From the NCBI GenBank assembly GCA_016840095.1, contig JAEOSZ010000039.1, positions 1 through 15,537 of the forward strand: a stretch of DNA of 15,537 nucleotides, written 5' to 3'. The position numbers and the translations under genes are program-made. Shown here piece after piece: positions 9,750 to 15,537 of this stretch. The stretch's first letter is position 1; each line of letters begins with the position of its first letter. The notes beneath the pieces are model-generated. The model searched no databases, was not told where the DNA came from, and worked only from the letters and a program-made list of their open reading frames with translations. This DNA is from Candidatus Heimdallarchaeota archaeon (lineage in GTDB: Archaea > Asgardarchaeota > Heimdallarchaeia > Heimdallarchaeales > Heimdallarchaeaceae).

Positions 9750-10550
9750 TTAAGTAGATTTTTTGCCATAAATGATTGTACTTACTTCATTCTCATTTTT
9801 CAAAACACTTCCTAGTCTTTCTGGAATTAATCCATTTATGATAACCACTTGTTCAACTTCTTCTAACAACGTACTAATCTCATCAACTTTTCCCTTCATT
9901 GAACCTGTAACATCGATAACTTCACTTTGTATTTCTTCAACTTTGAATTCCTTGAACTCGTTATAGTTTAATTCTCTTACAAGCTTTCCTTCTTCTGAAT
10001 CATCACTTTTCTCAAATAAACCGTCAACGTCAGTTAGAAAGATAACTTGTTTCACATCAAAGTGCTTTACAAGATGAGTAATAATTGAGTCTCCACTGTG
10101 TATAGTAAATCCTCCTTCCTCTGTGAATAAAACATCTCCAGATAAAACAGGACAAACACCTAGGGTAAGTGATTTTTCGATGGGATTAAGAAAGTATTCT
10201 ACTTCTGCACCTGTCATAAAAGCTAATGCACTAGTTTGAAAACCAATTGCTTTAACATTATTTTCTATTAAGCAATCTATTACTTCTTGTGAAAGGGAAG
10301 CCATATCTTGTCGAATTTTGACAATACCATCCAGTTGGTTCTTGTCTTCAAAACCAGCTTGAATCGAATGTTTTTCAGCTATAATATGTCCAAAAGATCC
10401 TGCTCCATGAATTACTATATAGGGTTTATTCACATTCTTGAGTTGATTACAAATTTTGGATAAGTTCTCTCTTCTAATCTTACGATAAGAGGTTTTATCA
10501 GTAATAACAGATCCACCTAATTTTATTATGCTTACACTAATTCGATTCAT
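9750..10550 (-). CDS. ipk: Isopentenyl phosphate kinase
   Basis: KLGGSVITDK, HGAGSFGH, PVLSGD, SGD, TDVDGL, DVTGSMKGK. Overlaps the mvk 3' end by 14 nt. Confidence 0.92.
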   Translation of the reverse strand: MNRISVSIIKLGGSVITDKTSYRKIRRENLSKICNQLKNVNKPYIVIHGAGSFGHIIAEKHSIQAGFEDKNQLDGIVKIRQDMASLSQEVIDCLIENNVKAIGFQTSALAFMTGAEVEYFLNPIEKSLTLGVCPVLSGDVLFTEEGGFTIHSGDSIITHLVKHFDVKQVIFLTDVDGLFEKSDDSEEGKLVRELNYNEFKEFKVEEIQSEVIDVTGSMKGKVDEISTLLEEVEQVVIINGLIPERLGSVLKNENEVSTIIYGKKST

Positions 10551-11508
10551 TCCTTACACCATCAGTAGTAAAAGTCGAAAGAAAAGCCTGAAGGTTCTTC
10601 TCTTTCATTATTTTTATTGCATCTTTTGCTTTAGTAAAATCATCAAACAATGAAATTACACAACCCCCTCCTCCAGCTCCAGTAAGTTTGCTACCTAATG
10701 CCCCGTTTTTATCTAGAACATTCACAATCTTATCTAAAACTTCATGACTAACATCCAAATCTTTTAACGAGTTATGATTTAATGACATTAGTTTCCCTAT
10801 TTCTGGTAAATTTTCATCTATCAAAGCCTTTTCAGCATCTATTACAATTTCGTGGATATTATTGAAAATTTCTTTGATCGAATTTTGTTTCTCTTCATAC
10901 TTCTTCTTTACTTTCTCCACAATGTCTTTAGTGTTTCTTTTAATTAAACTATTAATGATAACAACATATGCAGAAGAGATTCTGAAGGGTAACTCTCTAA
11001 TTACACCATTCTCATAGTAAATTCCTCCTCCATATGTGGAAATTGTAGTATCAATTCCTGAAGGAAAACTATGGATGATTTTTTCTGATTCATGTGCTAG
11101 TTTGTTTATTTCTTCCAAGTTTAATGATTTTCCAAAAAAACTAGATAAACTAGCTACCATAGCCACGGATACTGCAGCACTTGAACCTAAACCAACTGAA
11201 GAAGGAATTTGTGATGCAATTTTTATGTCAAAATTCTTCTTTAGCTCAAAATTTCTGAGAATTGAATCTACTATGAATTTCAATGCTGTGAGTTCTTGTG
11301 GTAAAGGAGTCTGATTTAGTTCAAACTGTTTCTTTTGAAATAAATCAGGAATAGAGATTGTAGAGATTTGCTTTGAAGAATCTAAAACAGAGCTTTTTGC
11401 CCGTAAGTCAATTGCTGTTGCAATTGCAGGATAACCATATACTACAGCATGTTCTCCAAAAAGAATGATTTTTCCAGGTGCTGAAAATTCCGTAGTATTC
11501 ACGTCCAT
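10537..11508 (-). CDS. mvk: Mevalonate kinase
   Basis: GHMP motifs APGKIILFGEHAVVYG, PSSVGLGSSAA, PSGID, KLTGAGGGGC. Confidence 0.94.
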   Translation of the reverse strand: MDVNTTEFSAPGKIILFGEHAVVYGYPAIATAIDLRAKSSVLDSSKQISTISIPDLFQKKQFELNQTPLPQELTALKFIVDSILRNFELKKNFDIKIASQIPSSVGLGSSAAVSVAMVASLSSFFGKSLNLEEINKLAHESEKIIHSFPSGIDTTISTYGGGIYYENGVIRELPFRISSAYVVIINSLIKRNTKDIVEKVKKKYEEKQNSIKEIFNNIHEIVIDAEKALIDENLPEIGKLMSLNHNSLKDLDVSHEVLDKIVNVLDKNGALGSKLTGAGGGGCVISLFDDFTKAKDAIKIMKEKNLQAFLSTFTTDGVRNESN

Positions 11509-11529
11509 AAAAACAGATGTATGTTAAAG

Positions 11530-11544
11530 ATTAAAATCTTTTTC
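11530..11544 (-). promoter_or_regulatory. BRE-TATA promoter for a probably leaderless mvk-ipk mRNA
   Basis: Minus-strand GAAAAAGATTTTAAT ends about 22 nt before the mvk ATG, and there is no SD. Confidence 0.55.
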
Positions 11545-11566
11545 AAAAATAAGAAGAAAATGTTGA

Positions 11567-12202
11567 TTATTCTCTCAATAACTTGAAAGCAAAATCATCA
11601 ACGGTTTCTGGTAAATCTTCAGTTTCTCCCAGCTCCCCTCTAGCTCTAAGTATTTCCCTTGTAAGTAAATAATATACTTGTGCAAGAGATTTCCTACCTT
11701 TATTGTTTACTGGAATTACTAAATCAACTTCACTTGTTGCATTGTCAGTATCACAGAGAGCAACAACTGGAATTCCTCTAGAAGCAGCTTCTGTTAATGC
11801 TTGTTTATCAGCTCTGGGATCTGTTAGAACAACAACATCAGGTTCGATATAACCTTCATATGAAGGGTTGGTTAAAGTTCCGGGTATAAATCTTCCTGGA
11901 ATTGCTCTAAAACCAGCTAATCTAGCCATTTTTGTACTTGGAACTGAAGCATATTGTCTTGTAGCAAAAACAGCTACTTTTGATGGTTCAAAACGACTTA
12001 AGAATTTTGCTGCAATGCGAATTCTCTCATCTGTTGTATTAACATCCAAAACATAGATACCATCATTTCTTACTCTATACTTGAAAGGTTTCATAAATTT
12101 GGTGCAAACACTAGTCCCAATATGAATACCTGAAACTAGATAGGTATCTCTAGGGATTAATAGTATTTCTTCTTCAATTTTTTCTTCTGCTTCTTCTGAC
12201 AT
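11567..12202 (-). CDS. rps2: 30S ribosomal protein S2 (uS2)
   Basis: YLVSGIHIGT, RFIPGTLTNP, DPRADKQALTEA, ALCDTDN, IPVNNKGRKSL. SD GAGGA. Confidence 0.97.
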   Translation of the reverse strand: MSEEAEEKIEEEILLIPRDTYLVSGIHIGTSVCTKFMKPFKYRVRNDGIYVLDVNTTDERIRIAAKFLSRFEPSKVAVFATRQYASVPSTKMARLAGFRAIPGRFIPGTLTNPSYEGYIEPDVVVLTDPRADKQALTEAASRGIPVVALCDTDNATSEVDLVIPVNNKGRKSLAQVYYLLTREILRARGELGETEDLPETVDDFAFKLLRE

Positions 12203-12271
12203 TTTGCATCCTCAGTTTGTGTTCACTATCTATTTCCACAAAGTGTAAGCAATAATCCCTCTAATGTTTTG

Positions 12272-12286
12272 ATTAAAAACTTTCTG
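12272..12286 (-). promoter_or_regulatory. BRE-TATA promoter of rps2
   Basis: Minus-strand CAGAAAG-TTTTTAAT, predicting a 5' UTR of about 48 nt. Confidence 0.55.
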
Positions 12287-12316
12287 TTCTTTTAGTATGT
12301 GAAAAATGCCGAGATT

Positions 12317-12517
12317 TTAGGTGAAAGGTAAGAAATCTTCTATTAGGTCTATGTGCGAAACTAACATTCTTCGACAGCACCATCTTTTAACATTTAACTT
12401 ATCAAGAGTTTTCTCAGGATCTTCACCATCTTTGACTTGTTTCTTGAACTCATCCCATTTATCAGCTATCAAAGTTCCACAGGTAAAACATCTTACTGGA
12501 ATAATCATTTCAGTCAA
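12317..12517 (-). CDS. rpoN: DNA-directed RNA polymerase subunit N (Rpo10)
   Basis: [11 protein letters not shown]...LDKL...[11 protein letters not shown]. Start is TTG 12517 or ATG 12508. Confidence 0.96.
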   Translation of the reverse strand: MTEMIIPVRCFTCGTLIADKWDEFKKQVKDGEDPEKTLDKLNVKRWCCRRMLVSHIDLIEDFLPFT

Positions 12518-12563
12518 TCTCTCCTACAATATCATACATTTAACTATTATGTTTGTTGATAAT

Positions 12564-13736
12564 TTAGAACCCCCAGTCTCTTGCAATCTTGAAACCTTTG
12601 TAAATCTTAAGTAATCCTCGTGGATATTTTAATAGCCCCGGATTCACTAATAAATTCAAGAGCATTTTGATTTTTTCTCTTCCTTTTATTCTATTGATGT
12701 ATTGTTCGTTTAAGATTTTTCCAAGTTTGGTGAGGAATTTATTGGATCGGCTGTAGAAGAAATTGTGACAACTGAGGTTAATTTTGTTAGAGAACATGTA
12801 TTTAGAAATCTCAGCAGGATATCGATCTAGAGAAGAAGCTTGTGAGTCATCTTTTCGATTCAAAAAATTAGCTGCTACTTTTCCAGCGATTTCTCCACTT
12901 GTCATTCCAATTCTAATTCCTCCGTAAAAAATTGGATTGACCATCCCTGCTGCATCTCCCACAATCATAATCTTATCTCTATGTATTTCTGGAATAGGTC
13001 CTTTCATCGGAATTGGACCTCCAACTTTTTTTAGAATCCTCCCGGAGATATTTTTTTGGTTTAGAAAGTCATCCAATAGTTTTTTTCTCTCCCTAGAATT
13101 TGTGACAATTCCTATATTTGTTTCATTCTTTCTTGGAAATAGCCAAATGTATCCATACGGATATCTTTCTGCATCGAAATAAAATTCCAATTCTTCTCCC
13201 CATTCACCTTCAACTTTATATTCAAATGCATAGATCAATGGGAAGGGGGGAGAAATACTCAGACTCTTGGTAAGCTTTGCTTGAGCACCTTCTGCCAGAA
13301 TCACTAATTCAGATTGAACTTCAGTAGACTTCTCTCCTTCAATGTTTAGAAGAACGCCAGCTGAATTTTGCTGTATAGAGTTTACTCTTGTTGATGTAAT
13401 AATAGTACTTCCAAGATCTGTAGCTTTCTGAGCTAGATACTGATCGAATTTATCTCTTTTAATCATGTAAGCTTGAATATCACCGTATATAGCTCTATTC
13501 TCTGGAAAAACCAGCTTACATCGTTTGTGAACCTTAGTCCAAATTTTACTATCTTCAACAGGAATTGAAAAATCATTAAAAGCATGAATGCTCAAACCTT
13601 CTCCACATTGAATAGGTTGGCCAATGTTAGAGTGCTCCTCATAAACTAAAGGTTTTATTCCTAGTTTAGATAATGAAATAGCTGCTTGCAATCCTGCAGG
13701 TCCTCCACCTACAATAGCTACTCTAACATCTTTCAT
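12564..13736 (-). CDS. Geranylgeranyl reductase family FAD oxidoreductase (DGGR-like)
   Basis: IVGGGPAG, CGEG, RDKFDQYL, PYGYIWLFP (PxxYxWxFP), VGDAAG, GGI. Substrate not established. Confidence 0.85.
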   Translation of the reverse strand: MKDVRVAIVGGGPAGLQAAISLSKLGIKPLVYEEHSNIGQPIQCGEGLSIHAFNDFSIPVEDSKIWTKVHKRCKLVFPENRAIYGDIQAYMIKRDKFDQYLAQKATDLGSTIITSTRVNSIQQNSAGVLLNIEGEKSTEVQSELVILAEGAQAKLTKSLSISPPFPLIYAFEYKVEGEWGEELEFYFDAERYPYGYIWLFPRKNETNIGIVTNSRERKKLLDDFLNQKNISGRILKKVGGPIPMKGPIPEIHRDKIMIVGDAAGMVNPIFYGGIRIGMTSGEIAGKVAANFLNRKDDSQASSLDRYPAEISKYMFSNKINLSCHNFFYSRSNKFLTKLGKILNEQYINRIKGREKIKMLLNLLVNPGLLKYPRGLLKIYKGFKIARDWGF

Positions 13737-13867
13737 AATTTAACTAAACCTAAGTACTTCAAAAATTTAGTGTGACAATTTAATAGTGTTATAGAGAAAA
13801 TCTTTTAGATAAACGACCTTAATCAACAACAGTCTTTAGAATGGCAAAAAGGCAGATGTGAAAGATT

Positions 13868-15145
13868 ATGGACCCTATGAGAGAGATATTAGCAAATTGG
13901 ACACAGAAAATTCCTGAAAGCGAAATTAGACGTTTACTAAAAAGCAAAACAAAGTATTATCTTGCTGGTGGTTTACCTGGTAATCTACCAACAGAAATAT
14001 TCCCTGAGATATTGAGGGAGTTAGCAGATTATTACGATGCTGAAGATCAAAGGATAGTAAACGAATTTCAGTATGGTCAAACAGCTGGATGGCCGGGATT
14101 AAGAAAAGTTCTCGCAGAAAGACTTGTTAGAAAGGATAAACTAAATTGTATTAGTGGAGAGGCTGATTGGGAGAAAGTACTAATATCAACAGGGTCCCAA
14201 CAAGCAGTTTATCTTGCATTAGATATTCTAATTAACCCAGGAGATATTGTTGTCACACCATCACCTGCTTATTTAGGATTTGTAACAACTGTTGTTAAGG
14301 TTGGAGGACACGTAGTTACCGCACCAACAGATTCTGAAGGATTAATACCAGAATATGTTGAAGATACTATCATAAAAGCTGAGAAGAAATTTGGAAGGAA
14401 GGTAAAAATACTATATGTTGTAGAAGATAGTGATAATCCCAAGGGCACAACACTTCCATTCAAGAGAAGACAACAACTTTTTGAAATTGCAGAAAGACAT
14501 GATGTAATTGTCATCTGTGATGCAGCTTACAAAGAAATGCAGTTTGAGGAAAGAATACCAAGTATGAAAACCTTAGATAAAGATAATGAACGAGTAATTT
14601 ATACATCATCTTCATCTAAAGAAGCTGCTCCAATTAGAATTGGATATTCGGTAATGCCTGAATATCTATTATTTGAAGCAGAAAAATCAAAAGGATATCT
14701 AGATCTCTGCACACCAACTCTTACTCAGAGATTTGCAGAGATATATTACGATAAGTACATCGATAGCGAGCTTCCCAAAATTATCCAGAAATACAAAGAA
14801 CAAAAAGATGCTGCATATAATGCTCTTCTAGAAACTTTTCCCGATGGTGACTATACTAATCCATCAGGAGGATTCTTTATCTGGTATCAAGCAAAAGGAG
14901 AAAAAGCTTATACATTCGATGTTAAGAAATTCAACCAAGATGTTCTATTACCAAATGAAATTCTGGTAGTTCCTGGATCAGCTTTTTATCCACCTAGTGG
15001 ACACTCATATGATCCTGAAGCTAGAGAAATTGAACCACTCAAAATAATCAAGGGTGGAATGAGAATTGGTTACTCATTGTTACCAAAAGATTTGATTGAT
15101 GCTGGAGTACGAAAATTAGGTAAGTTACTTTCAGAAAATCAATAA
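13868..15145 (+). CDS. PLP-dependent aminotransferase class I/II (ARO8/LysN-like)
   Basis: LAGGLP, QYGQTAG, STGSQQA, PAYLG, NPKG, DAAY, SSSSK (PLP lysine)...RIGY, GGFFIW, VPGSAF. Confidence 0.9.
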   Translation: MDPMREILANWTQKIPESEIRRLLKSKTKYYLAGGLPGNLPTEIFPEILRELADYYDAEDQRIVNEFQYGQTAGWPGLRKVLAERLVRKDKLNCISGEADWEKVLISTGSQQAVYLALDILINPGDIVVTPSPAYLGFVTTVVKVGGHVVTAPTDSEGLIPEYVEDTIIKAEKKFGRKVKILYVVEDSDNPKGTTLPFKRRQQLFEIAERHDVIVICDAAYKEMQFEERIPSMKTLDKDNERVIYTSSSSKEAAPIRIGYSVMPEYLLFEAEKSKGYLDLCTPTLTQRFAEIYYDKYIDSELPKIIQKYKEQKDAAYNALLETFPDGDYTNPSGGFFIWYQAKGEKAYTFDVKKFNQDVLLPNEILVVPGSAFYPPSGHSYDPEAREIEPLKIIKGGMRIGYSLLPKDLIDAGVRKLGKLLSENQ

Positions 15146-15146
15146 T

Positions 15147-15173
15147 TGGAGATCTATTTTTCTCCATCTTTTT
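15147..15173 (+). terminator. Hairpin plus U-tract terminator after the aminotransferase
   Basis: TGGAGA-N8-TCTCCA followed by TCTTTTT immediately after the TAA stop. Confidence 0.5.
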
Positions 15174-15361
15174 ATATGAAAATCACTGCCTTTTTCCATA
15201 TACTTTTAAAGTCATGAAATACGCCTAAAATTACAATGGGATGCAATTTAAAGCCATAATAGTCTCTAATTGCGAAAATTGCCAGTTTTAAGCCTTAAAA
15301 AATTCTTTTTTAACGAATTCTTTAATTAGAACGTGTGTAATACCGAAATATTTCGACATAA

Positions 15362-15378
15362 CCGAAAAGGTTTTTAAT
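15362..15378 (+). promoter_or_regulatory. BRE-TATA promoter of the histone-fold gene
   Basis: CCGAAAAGG-TTTTTAAT, close to archaeal consensus. Predicted TSS about 15400-15402. Confidence 0.7.
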
Positions 15379-15445
15379 AGGCGGAGGCAAGGTATTAACG
15401 TACTTGCCATCGAGGCAAGTCAAAACCGACAGAAGTGCAAGTAAA

Positions 15446-15537
15446 ATGATGATCGTACAATCTAAGGTTAGAGATTACGTCAAGGAACTTGGCGATTATA
15501 AAGTCGGCGGTGACCTTCTAAAAGCTTTAGACGAAAA
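15446..15537 (+). CDS. Short histone-fold protein (DUF1931-like / alpha3 'face-to-face' type), truncated by the window edge
   Basis: Manual translation MMIVQSKVRDYVKELGDYKVGGDLLKALDE fits the (L/I)V.SKVK.Y...V..D...AL.. alpha1-L1-alpha2 pattern of short prokaryotic histones. Strong promoter upstream. The C-terminal RKT...D motif lies outside the window. Confidence 0.7.
   Translation, partial: MMIVQSKVRDYVKELGDYKVGGDLLKALDE

Noticed and set aside
5120-14514. Remaining short ORFs (5120, 6398, 8190-8408, 8596, 9245, 9772, 11036, 11868, 12321, 12937, 14269)
   Set aside because: All overlap well-supported conserved genes in antisense or an alternative frame and lack motifs.

Overview
AT-rich archaeal chromosomal window, mostly core genome. 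An Asgard/Heimdallarchaeia-like origin is plausible but inferred, not proven. Left to right: tag DNA glycosylase (-), a small orphan ORF (-), a relic of a membrane-anchored surface-protein gene (-), a heat-shock operon hsp20-cdc48-phr-like regulator (+) with a palindromic operator over its predicted transcription start, and tiaS (+). A long minus-strand block follows (GGR, rpoN, rps2, mvk, ipk, rpl7ae, rps28e, rpl24e, ndk, aIF5B), then a PLP aminotransferase (+) and the truncated 5' end of a short histone-fold gene missed by the ORF track. The strongest non-obvious signals are: (i) about 160 bp of ~10-bp phased GC/AT sequence, a palindrome and a 5' hairpin upstream of the histone gene; (ii) a Phr/HSR1-type repressor plus its candidate AC-N5-GT operator; (iii) a candidate two-hairpin small RNA between tiaS and aIF5B; (iv) a K-turn covering the rpl7ae Shine-Dalgarno. 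No mobile element, CRISPR array, rRNA or tRNA was recognised.
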